A stretch of 64,000 nucleotides of DNA from an uncultured virus (IMG/VR IMGVR_UViG_3300031963_000089). Taxonomy: Duplodnaviria > Heunggongvirae > Uroviricota > Caudoviricetes. Numbering within the stretch: the first letter of the stretch is position 1; every line of letters begins with the position of its first letter. The translations under genes were made by a program, and so were the position numbers. Below are positions 48,604 through 57,755 of this stretch, piece by piece. The notes beneath the pieces are model-generated. The model was not told the origin of the DNA and ran no database searches. It saw only the letters and a program-made list of their open reading frames with translations. The stretch is from the IMG/VR virus record IMGVR_UViG_3300031963_000089, positions 1 through 64,000 of that record. The stretch is one strand, 5' to 3'.

Positions 48604-50421
48604 TTATAATCCATATTTTGATTTAGTATTATTATAGTTTGTTGTTACATCACTGGCGGTTAATCCTGTGGTATAAAAATAACAGGCACCTATTTTACCA
48701 TTTAAATAAAGTGATGATATACCAGTACCAATGTAACCCAAATAAAGAGGGTTAGTTTCACTATATGTATCAGTACCATGAGCGGTTGTTATATATTCGG
48801 TATTATTAATATACACTTTGGTGGTATTAGCAGTTGAGGTAATTCGTGAAACAAATGTAAATAAATACCAAGTATTAATTGAAACGGTTAACGTAGAGTC
48901 GGATATTTTTTGAACCCCCGTTCCATTTGTAACTACCCTCACAACGCCAGCATTCGAGAATAACCCACCCCAATACCCATCAAATCCAAATGAACTGGAT
49001 AGTTTTCCAAAGACCGGAACTTGTTGACCTGAACTAGGTAAAACGTCAAATTTAACCCAAACTTGTATTGTTCTTTGGGTTGTAGTATTTAAACTAAGAT
49101 TAGCAGTATGAGGTATACTTATTGTATTACTAGTCCCATTTAAATCAAAAATACCTCCGTCAGTAGACAACCAAGTGGCACCATTTATAGTTGCGTTATT
49201 CCCATTCCCCGTTTCATCAGTCCAAGTACCACTAACATAATTAGTTGCATCTAACTTCATAAATAAATTACTACTAATTACCCCACCCTCACTTGTTGAT
49301 GACGGAGTAATTGTTGGTGTTGGTGTAATTGTATTTGTTGGGGTTTGTGTTGGTGTTGGAGTATTAGTTTGAGTGTTAGTAGGTGTAATTGTTGGTGTTA
49401 TTGAAGGTGTTGGAGTTTGAGTATTAGTTGGAGTTGGAGTAGGTGATGGTGAAATAAATCTTGATGAAAATGAATTAAAGTTTGTTAACACTTCTGTTGA
49501 ACTTAAAACTCTATTGTAAGTCATTGCAATTGAAACTCTACCATTTAATAAATTACCTCCTGCGCCATAAGAACCAATCCTTGTAGAACCATTACCACTT
49601 ACAGGTGTTTTTTGAGCAGTATATGTACTATCCTGAACACCATTAACATATAGAATGAAACCATTTGTTGTGTCAAAAGTAAGACATGCATTATACCAAA
49701 CACCATTACTAAAACTTGTTGTTGAGGGATAAACACCATAATTACCCCAATTTGAGTGTCCACAGTATAATTTATTTGAACCTGCAAAATACATAAAGTG
49801 TCCACCCGTATCGCTACTTAATAAGTTGTTATCAGCAGTTGAGTTTAGGTAAAACCAAACGTTTTTAGTATATGCTGTTATTCCAACAGGAGTACCTGCA
49901 ACGTTAACATATTGATTACTTCCGTTAAATGTAAGGTATCCATTATTACTTGAACTGAATGTCGGAGTATTAATTAATGTTCCGTTGTTACCACTAAAAC
50001 TTAAATCATCCCATCGTGAACCACTTCTTGGATATGATGAAACATAACCAGCATCAAGTAATAATGTTAATCCATTAGTTACAATATCAGGATAATCAAG
50101 GTTAACACAAATAAGTCCTGTTTGACCTGTATACCATCCTAACGCTTCGTTAGCGGTACTAAATGTTTGACCTGCAAATCCTTGAGTAAACCCAATAAGT
50201 TCTGAGTCGTTTTGAGCAACCACTATGGATGGTCCGGCAACAGCCTTGTTTCCATACATGGTATAACCACCTGATGGTGGTATAATAGAATTCCAAAATC
50301 CTGTAACACTTGTTGGCCCGTATTCCGCACCTTCATTAATACCTAAAACCCAATCCTTAACTTTAATCGTATTAGGATGAAAGGACGTTGAGTATTTTAT
50401 TTTATTTGGTGGTATTGGCAT
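48604..50421 (-). CDS. virion protein with two LamG/concanavalin A-like domains joined by a Pro/Thr linker (start re-assigned to MPIPP)
   Basis: IVTNGLTLLLDAG..SYP..G..WxDLS and LFMKLDA...WTDETGNGNNAT. TAATG overlap at 50421. Confidence 0.85.
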   Translation of the reverse strand: MPIPPNKIKYSTSFHPNTIKVKDWVLGINEGAEYGPTSVTGFWNSIIPPSGGYTMYGNKAVAGPSIVVAQNDSELIGFTQGFAGQTFSTANEALGWYTGQTGLICVNLDYPDIVTNGLTLLLDAGYVSSYPRSGSRWDDLSFSGNNGTLINTPTFSSSNNGYLTFNGSNQYVNVAGTPVGITAYTKNVWFYLNSTADNNLLSSDTGGHFMYFAGSNKLYCGHSNWGNYGVYPSTTSFSNGVWYNACLTFDTTNGFILYVNGVQDSTYTAQKTPVSGNGSTRIGSYGAGGNLLNGRVSIAMTYNRVLSSTEVLTNFNSFSSRFISPSPTPTPTNTQTPTPSITPTITPTNTQTNTPTPTQTPTNTITPTPTITPSSTSEGGVISSNLFMKLDATNYVSGTWTDETGNGNNATINGATWLSTDGGIFDLNGTSNTISIPHTANLSLNTTTQRTIQVWVKFDVLPSSGQQVPVFGKLSSSFGFDGYWGGLFSNAGVVRVVTNGTGVQKISDSTLTVSINTWYLFTFVSRITSTANTTKVYINNTEYITTAHGTDTYSETNPLYLGYIGTGISSLYLNGKIGACYFYTTGLTASDVTTNYNNTKSKYGL

Positions 50422-53400
50422 TATCTTGCAACTTCTGTTATTCTTAACCACATTGATGTAGCCCCATTTACTATTGTAATACTATCATCCGCAGAATCTC
50501 TACGACACGCAACAACTACTGATTTTGCAGTAGTGTTAGAGTTAGTATATCTTCCCGTTAATGGAAACAATACACCACTACGATTACCATTTACAGTACT
50601 TTGTTTTGAATATGTTATTTCACTACCATCAATTTTTATTCTAGAAAAATATGAGTCATTACCTGTACCACTAGCAAAACTATAATCCGCTAAATGATAA
50701 TGTATCACTAAATAACTTGTAGAACTTAATGGTGTATAACTATAAGTAACAAAATCAGTATCCGAAGTACTGGTAGCAATAGTTGTAGTACTAACAGTTA
50801 CCTCAGTATTACTCAAAATAATATCGTTAATTACCTGACCGGCTCTCCATGCATTAGCCTTTATAAATCCTGTAAATACCACATTACCTGAAGTGTCTAC
50901 GGCCATCTTTACAGCCCCACCAGTTTCATTTAATTTATTTGTGATACGAACTAACTGTCCACTTAAAACATCAAATGAACCGTTCCAACTATCAATACCA
51001 TAGTTTGAATTATTAGCATAATAAAACAAAACACCCGGAGTATCTGTACTATTATTATCAAGAATAACATCACCAGTAGCTGACCCCGCCCTTGTAAATG
51101 TTCCGTTACCAAGAGAGGTTACACCTGTAGTACTTATATTACCAGTAATAGTCGTGGAACCAATAATTGTTGTATCACCTGTTACCGCCAGTTTAATTCC
51201 ATCAAAAGTCATTTTAGCTTGAGCAACCGCAGCGTTAGCTGTTCCATCAGATGTTAATATTCTATTACTACCCGGACTTGTAATTGTAGTAAATCCAGTA
51301 CCTGATGTTCCAGCAGAACCTGAACTACCCGATGAACCTGATGTACCAGAACTACCTGACGTACCAGAGCTACCACTCGTTCCTGATGTACCCGAAGAAC
51401 CTCTTGAACCTGATGTACCACTACTTCCACTTGACCCTGAAGAACCTGATGTTCCACTTATCCCATCTAAACCACTTGTTCCCGATGAACCACCATTACC
51501 TGAGGTACCACTACTTCCTGACGTTCCTGAAGAACCCGATGAACCACTACTACCACTAGTACCTGAACTACCCGAAGACCCTGATGTCCCACTACTTCCA
51601 CTTGAGCCCGAACTTCCCGAAGAACCACTAGTTCCAGATGTACCTGAAGTTCCGTTAACACCACCTGTCTGATAATATGTATTACCACTAGTATCAACAA
51701 CAACATAACGAGTATTTCCTGTTGAACTTGTAATTCCTGTAACAGTTAAACTACTTGTTGTTGTTCTACCTGAACCATTAAAATGAATTCTATCAATACC
51801 TGAACCATCTTGAATAACTAACACATTGTCGGCATCCGACGCACTACCTCTTCTAAAAGTAATTCCATCAAGAGTTGAGTTAGTTGTTATTTCTGGTTCA
51901 GATGAGTTGTTATATGCTTGTTGTAATGTAGTTGTCGCAACACCTCCCGCAGAACCTACAGTTTCACCAAATTTTGATGCAAAAAAGAATTGAGCTTTAG
52001 ATGAATCACTTAAATCAGTTGCAGTACTTACAACTGATAAAACACCAATTAAAATACCATTACTTGTAAAATTACTAAACGTATTAAATTGTTCAGTTGC
52101 AAGACCAGCGATTGCTGCAGATAACTGATTATATTCTGTTTGACCATATTGAACTCTAAATTGACCATTTTGAACCAAATAAATTCTTTGGTTGGTTGCC
52201 TTTGTTCCTGTAAGAGGAGTAACAACTCCACCAACATCATAATTTAACGGGTCAATAAATGTTGTATTTGATGCGGTACCACCTGTTTGTGTTCGATATT
52301 GAAAAGTACAAGGACTTGTACCTGTAACATATAACGCGTTTGGAGTTAGTGTACTTGACGCAAAATTAATACCTAAACCATAAAGATATCCTGCACTTGT
52401 ATTAAAACTTAAATTAACACCATTAGCTGACGGATATATTCCACCATTTATAAGATTAATAGGAACAAACATGTCCCTGAGTTGAGCTAATGGAGATAGT
52501 ACAAAATCAGGTTGACTGAACGCGTTAATAATATTTGTTTTGTTTGCATGACCTAATTTACCTAAAAATATATTTTGTCTTCTTTGTTGTTCCGTTAGTT
52601 CAATATTTGATTGAGCAATAGTCGACCCACTTGTAAGATATACCCAAGTCTCAGTATCAGTATTAACATATATTGCAGTATGAGTACCACCACTATAATC
52701 AACATAATAGATTTGAGGACTTAATGGATTTGTTGTATCATCAACTATCCACCCTTTAACAGGTGCAACTCTAAACGTTGTTGTGGATACAATTGATAAT
52801 CCTGTAAATACAAATACACCTGTTGAGTTATTAACAGTACTTCTATCTTGTCCTAAAATTACCCATTGAGAACCATTACTCACAAGTTGTGCGGCGTTTG
52901 TTTCACTTAGAATTAATAAAGTTTTATCGTCAATCTTTTCACTCCCATAGGGTAGAATAGTTACCGCACCTCCACCATTATTTTTGATAGCTAATAGTCG
53001 ACCTTGAATACCAACTGCGGTTGGTAATTGTACATTAAAGGTACCACCAGTAATGTCCACCATATAATCTGAAGGTGTAATATTATATGTACTAGTAACG
53101 GTTTTTTGAGGAAATGTGATACCACCTGTAGATGTTATCCCACTAGTCTGAGTTAAACCTGTAACAGTTAAAGTACTAGCGGTTAATCCGCTTGTAAAAT
53201 AAGTATTACCATAAACAGTTCCACCAGTTAATGGTAAGTAATCACCACTAACACCTCCACCACCTGGTATGGTAACTGTAACCGCAGGACCTCCTGTTGC
53301 ATTAACACCTGAGCCAACAAAATCAATAGATGTTACCCCTGATGTTAATAAACTACCTTCGTTATAAATCGATATAGCGTTTCCTGATATACCACTACTT

Positions 53401-54533
53401 CCTGAACTACCAGAAGAACCCGGAGAACCTGTTGGACCTGAAGTACCCGATGTACCAGAACTTCCTGATGACCCACTACTACCTGATGAACCTGAACTAC
53501 CATTTGTACCAGTACCTCCACCTCCACCATTAACAGGAATAACTGTAACAATCAAAGAAGGGATTGCCGGATGTAACGCAGTTGCCGCCTGAGCATATAA
53601 AGATATATTAGTATTATCTGTCGCCCACATTAATTCAACATATGTTCCAGCGGTAACTGTAACCAAGAAGTCCCAAGCCGCAACAACATATCTATTATTA
53701 GTTTGAACTGTAACTTGAGTATCAGTATAAGGAACGTCAACACCATTTTGCCTTAACCATATATCAACATCTTCACCCGAACCACCACCTCCATTATTAC
53801 TTAATTGAACTGAAAATTGGATGTCATATGTTCCCGCACTTGCGAAAGTAATCTGACTACCCGAAACAATTGTGATACCACTAGCCTCAGCGACACTATT
53901 TAACCTCATTGGATAAGCGGTATTAATCAAAGAAGCGGTTTGTCCTGAAGTATCATAGAATGAACCATAAGCATTCGCTCCCGTAACACCACCTGACGAA
54001 CCCGTTACAAACTTTCTCCATACCGCAGTAGTATATGTTGCCCCACTAACATCTTCAATAGTGTTAGCCGTCCAAGAATTAATAAACGACTGACCCGCAG
54101 CCGTTTTATTATTTATTGTTGTTCCAAAATTAGAAACCTGAGCACATCCCGTACTAGCAGTCGCAGCATTAAATAACGTCTCGTAATCATTAATATGGTA
54201 TTGATAAACTTGGTCAACCTCATAAACATAAGCCAACATACCAAGTCGTCTTCTACCTGATGAGATGTTATCTGAAGCCAAAGTAATTACATCAGGTGAC
54301 CAAGCATCTCCCGTTCCTTTTGTAAACTCAATAGGAATAGTATTACCCGAATATTCAATACTTCCCGTGGTACCTGATGGTATTGTATAATAGAGGTCAG
54401 ATAAACTGAACACCTCCATGTAACCACCCGTATTATTAACACTGAAAGTAGTACCATACGTATTGTTTCTTGGTACAGTTTGTGTTCCATTTGCTTGGAT
54501 AGATGATATTGGGTTTTTATATGGGAAACTCAT
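50421..54533 (-). CDS. mosaic fibre-like protein, 1370 aa, with short G-S/T-S tracts
   Basis: N-terminus is like the 1998-aa protein. The DYMVDITGGTFNVQLPTAVGIQG domain is like the 2636-aa protein. Confidence 0.85.
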   Translation of the reverse strand: MSFPYKNPISSIQANGTQTVPRNNTYGTTFSVNNTGGYMEVFSLSDLYYTIPSGTTGSIEYSGNTIPIEFTKGTGDAWSPDVITLASDNISSGRRRLGMLAYVYEVDQVYQYHINDYETLFNAATASTGCAQVSNFGTTINNKTAAGQSFINSWTANTIEDVSGATYTTAVWRKFVTGSSGGVTGANAYGSFYDTSGQTASLINTAYPMRLNSVAEASGITIVSGSQITFASAGTYDIQFSVQLSNNGGGGSGEDVDIWLRQNGVDVPYTDTQVTVQTNNRYVVAAWDFLVTVTAGTYVELMWATDNTNISLYAQAATALHPAIPSLIVTVIPVNGGGGGTGTNGSSGSSGSSGSSGSSGTSGTSGPTGSPGSSGSSGSSGISGNAISIYNEGSLLTSGVTSIDFVGSGVNATGGPAVTVTIPGGGGVSGDYLPLTGGTVYGNTYFTSGLTASTLTVTGLTQTSGITSTGGITFPQKTVTSTYNITPSDYMVDITGGTFNVQLPTAVGIQGRLLAIKNNGGGAVTILPYGSEKIDDKTLLILSETNAAQLVSNGSQWVILGQDRSTVNNSTGVFVFTGLSIVSTTTFRVAPVKGWIVDDTTNPLSPQIYYVDYSGGTHTAIYVNTDTETWVYLTSGSTIAQSNIELTEQQRRQNIFLGKLGHANKTNIINAFSQPDFVLSPLAQLRDMFVPINLINGGIYPSANGVNLSFNTSAGYLYGLGINFASSTLTPNALYVTGTSPCTFQYRTQTGGTASNTTFIDPLNYDVGGVVTPLTGTKATNQRIYLVQNGQFRVQYGQTEYNQLSAAIAGLATEQFNTFSNFTSNGILIGVLSVVSTATDLSDSSKAQFFFASKFGETVGSAGGVATTTLQQAYNNSSEPEITTNSTLDGITFRRGSASDADNVLVIQDGSGIDRIHFNGSGRTTTSSLTVTGITSSTGNTRYVVVDTSGNTYYQTGGVNGTSGTSGTSGSSGSSGSSGSSGTSGSSGSSGTSGSSGSSGSSGTSGSSGTSGNGGSSGTSGLDGISGTSGSSGSSGSSGTSGSRGSSGTSGTSGSSGTSGSSGTSGSSGSSGSAGTSGTGFTTITSPGSNRILTSDGTANAAVAQAKMTFDGIKLAVTGDTTIIGSTTITGNISTTGVTSLGNGTFTRAGSATGDVILDNNSTDTPGVLFYYANNSNYGIDSWNGSFDVLSGQLVRITNKLNETGGAVKMAVDTSGNVVFTGFIKANAWRAGQVINDIILSNTEVTVSTTTIATSTSDTDFVTYSYTPLSSTSYLVIHYHLADYSFASGTGNDSYFSRIKIDGSEITYSKQSTVNGNRSGVLFPLTGRYTNSNTTAKSVVVACRRDSADDSITIVNGATSMWLRITEVAR

Positions 54534-54542
54534 TTACTATAA

Positions 54543-55547
54543 TTATATATCAACCTTACTTCCTCTAAAATAAAGGTCGTAAGTATTATCCAATTCAAAT
54601 GTATTTGATGGGTATGTAGTATAAACTCTATAAGTTGTTTTTGCAATAGTATTACCCGTATAAGTAAATGTATTAGTATAAATTGTCGGTTCCATCTTTA
54701 CACTTGTAAAGACATTTGGATTTACAATTCCTAAATCAATCTCAATCTGATATTGGTTATTTGTTAAATTAGTCGGTATTATCCAAGTGTACCATGCTTT
54801 ACATCCAATAGTATTTTCAGGTACTTTAACTGTTGGGAAATTATATCGAATATACGGATTACCATATGTATCAAATCCCCCACTTGTTCCTGGCACAATT
54901 TGTTTTATAATACTTGGAAACAATCCTGTTGTCCATCCCGAAAAATTAACATATTTATTCATGTCCAAATCAAATGTACTCGCTGAACTACTCGGTTGTG
55001 TAGTATTTGTAAACCCATAAAAACTTGAGCCAAGTGAGTTCATGTATGAACCAATACTTGATGAACCTGAATACGGTTCAATGAATAAATAAGCGTAAAT
55101 AGGAGTTTCAGGTGTCACAGTTGGAGTAGGGGTTCTTGTAACAGTTGGAGTAATTGTCTGAGTTGGGGTATGAGATGGTGTAACTGTTTGTGTAGGTGTA
55201 ATACTTGGTGTTATACTCGGTGTCGGTGTAAATGATGGAGTGATACTTGGTGTTGGAGTATTTGACGGAGTTAAAGAAATTGTTGGAGTAACACTTGGAG
55301 TAATACTTGGTGTTGGTGTTGGTGTTACACATATATATTCTTGTGTAAAAACACATCCTGTTGAATCAACTATTTTAATTAAAACTTTTGGTGCCGATGA
55401 ATATGGACTCGGAATATTAAAACTAACAGATGGTGGAATATAATCATATATAGTTGTCACAGTTTGACAAGAATATTGAAATATATCACAAACTGAAATA
55501 ACATAAGGAGGTGTTCCTCCCAAACTATCTATTGTTACTAAACTCAT
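54543..55547 (-). CDS. virion protein: Cys-rich N-domain, Pro/Thr linker, C-domain shared with 41114..42319
   Basis: GGTPPY...KIVDSTGC, a TPTP tract and IYAYLFIEP...LYFRG. TATTTAT at 55560-55554. Confidence 0.8.
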   Translation of the reverse strand: MSLVTIDSLGGTPPYVISVCDIFQYSCQTVTTIYDYIPPSVSFNIPSPYSSAPKVLIKIVDSTGCVFTQEYICVTPTPTPSITPSVTPTISLTPSNTPTPSITPSFTPTPSITPSITPTQTVTPSHTPTQTITPTVTRTPTPTVTPETPIYAYLFIEPYSGSSSIGSYMNSLGSSFYGFTNTTQPSSSASTFDLDMNKYVNFSGWTTGLFPSIIKQIVPGTSGGFDTYGNPYIRYNFPTVKVPENTIGCKAWYTWIIPTNLTNNQYQIEIDLGIVNPNVFTSVKMEPTIYTNTFTYTGNTIAKTTYRVYTTYPSNTFELDNTYDLYFRGSKVDI

Positions 55548-55574
55548 TTAATGATAAATAGTTTTTCAACTATT

Positions 55575-57755
55575 TTAAGTACGACAAGATATACTATAAT
55601 CTATTCTTACAGATATAGTTAATACTTCATCTTTATAAACTTCAACACCACCAACAACATCTGATTCAATACTAATTGTATTTGTCAGTAAATTAACCTC
55701 GTAAGATTTAATATCAGGTATAGTATTGATTAAAGCGTCAATTGCCGTTTTAAATACTGTTACTGTCGGTGAATTAGATAAAGATGTTGTTGTAAAGAAA
55801 GTACCGGAATAAACCGTTCCGGCAAGTTCTATATCACAATTAAATTTAGCGTATTTAAGTTTACAATCTTCATGTCCTGTCGTTAATGACAAATACCCCT
55901 CATTTAACATTTTTGTAAAATTAAATATTGATGAAGGTAAATATGTTTTATCACCAATTGTATATTTGTAAGTTGAACTAGCGGTTCTTAATGGGTTACA
56001 ACTAATATCAATTGATTTAGTTGTTTCACAATTACTTGTACCGCTAACAGTTAATACATAAGTACCCGCAGTTAAACCTGTAATATATGTACCACTTTGA
56101 CCATTAACATTATCACTCCAAATAAAATTAAAAGGCCCAATACTTTCATTCAATAACACACTTATTGTCCCACCACTACCATTTATACAATCAGTGCCGT
56201 ATAATGCAAATTGGTAAGGAGCTAAATAATCAATTGTAGTTGATGTAGTTTGAGTACATCCTGAAAGATTTTGAATGGTTACGTCGTAATCACCCGAAGG
56301 TAAATTAGTAAAGGTGTATGTTGTTGACGTTGTTGGGTATGAACTAGCCCCATTTGATAATGAATACGTATAAAATGTTGAAGATGTATAACTTGGAGTT
56401 ACTGATATATTAATAGACCCATCATTAAGACCACAATAAGTACTGTTTCCTGTAATAGAAAAATTAAATGATGTATCATTTAATACTGTAATATTATTAG
56501 TATAAGTACAAGCACTACTACTATCATTAATTGTTAAAGTATATGTACCTGATTCTAAACTGTTAAATGTATTGGTTTGAAGTATCGAGGTATTAGTTGT
56601 TGTTACACCACTATTATTACTTAAAGAATAAATAAATGGAGGAGTACCACCTAATAATGTAACAGTTATTGACCCACTATTATATGAACATTGTGAGTTT
56701 GAAACTGTTTCAGAAACTAATGAAAAACTTCTTGGGACTAAAAAATCAACCTCCGTTGAAAAACTACATAACGAAACATCAGTTACTGTTAGAGTATAAC
56801 TTCCTGACCCAATATTATTAAATGTTACAGATGTACCATATGTTGTAACTGAATCACCATTACTTAATAAGTAAAAATACGGAGCCGTTCCACCTGTAAT
56901 ATTAAATGTTATACTCCCGTCAGCATTAAAACAAGTCGGTGGTGTAGTAGTATAAGATATGAATGATATCGGTTCAGCATTTGTAATAGTTGTTGTTTTA
57001 GTTAAACTACATCCATTTGCGTCTATTACAGTTAAATTGTACGAGCCTTGAGTTAATCCAGTCACAAATGTATCACCAGTACCACCGACAGTAGGTGACC
57101 ACTCATATATAAATGGTGAAACTCCAGTAATTCCTGTGACATAAATTTTACCACTTTGTTGTGAACAAGATGGATTGTTAATAACATAAAATTCAAAATC
57201 TAATGTATTTGGATTAGTATGTATTATGACCGACTCTGTTTCACAAGGACAATTACCGTCACCTGTAACTTCAGCATAATACATACCTTCAGATAAATTT
57301 AAAAAAGAATATGAAGTGTTAACTGAAGTTGCTGAAGCATAATAAACATAATCTTTATATAAATTAATTGTTGCACCAACAAAAGTACCCAATGGATTTT
57401 GAATCACACCATTTGTGGTACCTGTAGTAATAACTGTTAAATAAGCACTATCCGGTTGACAAGTTACAAATTCTGAAGTTTCAATGTAAGCAGTACTTGC
57501 AGAAACAATATTAAAATATATTGGCCCAATAACTTCATTTGTCGGGAATGTTGAAGCGGTAATACTAAACCCATAAGTACCCGCGCTTAATCCTGTAACA
57601 GAATAAGAACTCGTAGAAAAAGTTGAGGATGGTAATACGTTATTTTCCCAACCAATCGTATAAGGACTTGAACCAACTAAATTAATAAGTGCGGAACCTG
57701 ATGATGTGTTTGAACAATCTCCCGTTAAATTTATTGTATAAATAGTATTTGCCAT
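55575..57755 (-). CDS. SprB-like repeat virion protein, 726 aa
   Basis: Several C..G.I.....GG..P[FY].Y.W/L...GL..GxYxLTVxDxxxC units. Confidence 0.8.
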   Translation of the reverse strand: MANTIYTINLTGDCSNTSSGSALINLVGSSPYTIGWENNVLPSSTFSTSSYSVTGLSAGTYGFSITASTFPTNEVIGPIYFNIVSASTAYIETSEFVTCQPDSAYLTVITTGTTNGVIQNPLGTFVGATINLYKDYVYYASATSVNTSYSFLNLSEGMYYAEVTGDGNCPCETESVIIHTNPNTLDFEFYVINNPSCSQQSGKIYVTGITGVSPFIYEWSPTVGGTGDTFVTGLTQGSYNLTVIDANGCSLTKTTTITNAEPISFISYTTTPPTCFNADGSITFNITGGTAPYFYLLSNGDSVTTYGTSVTFNNIGSGSYTLTVTDVSLCSFSTEVDFLVPRSFSLVSETVSNSQCSYNSGSITVTLLGGTPPFIYSLSNNSGVTTTNTSILQTNTFNSLESGTYTLTINDSSSACTYTNNITVLNDTSFNFSITGNSTYCGLNDGSINISVTPSYTSSTFYTYSLSNGASSYPTTSTTYTFTNLPSGDYDVTIQNLSGCTQTTSTTIDYLAPYQFALYGTDCINGSGGTISVLLNESIGPFNFIWSDNVNGQSGTYITGLTAGTYVLTVSGTSNCETTKSIDISCNPLRTASSTYKYTIGDKTYLPSSIFNFTKMLNEGYLSLTTGHEDCKLKYAKFNCDIELAGTVYSGTFFTTTSLSNSPTVTVFKTAIDALINTIPDIKSYEVNLLTNTISIESDVVGGVEVYKDEVLTISVRIDYSISCRT

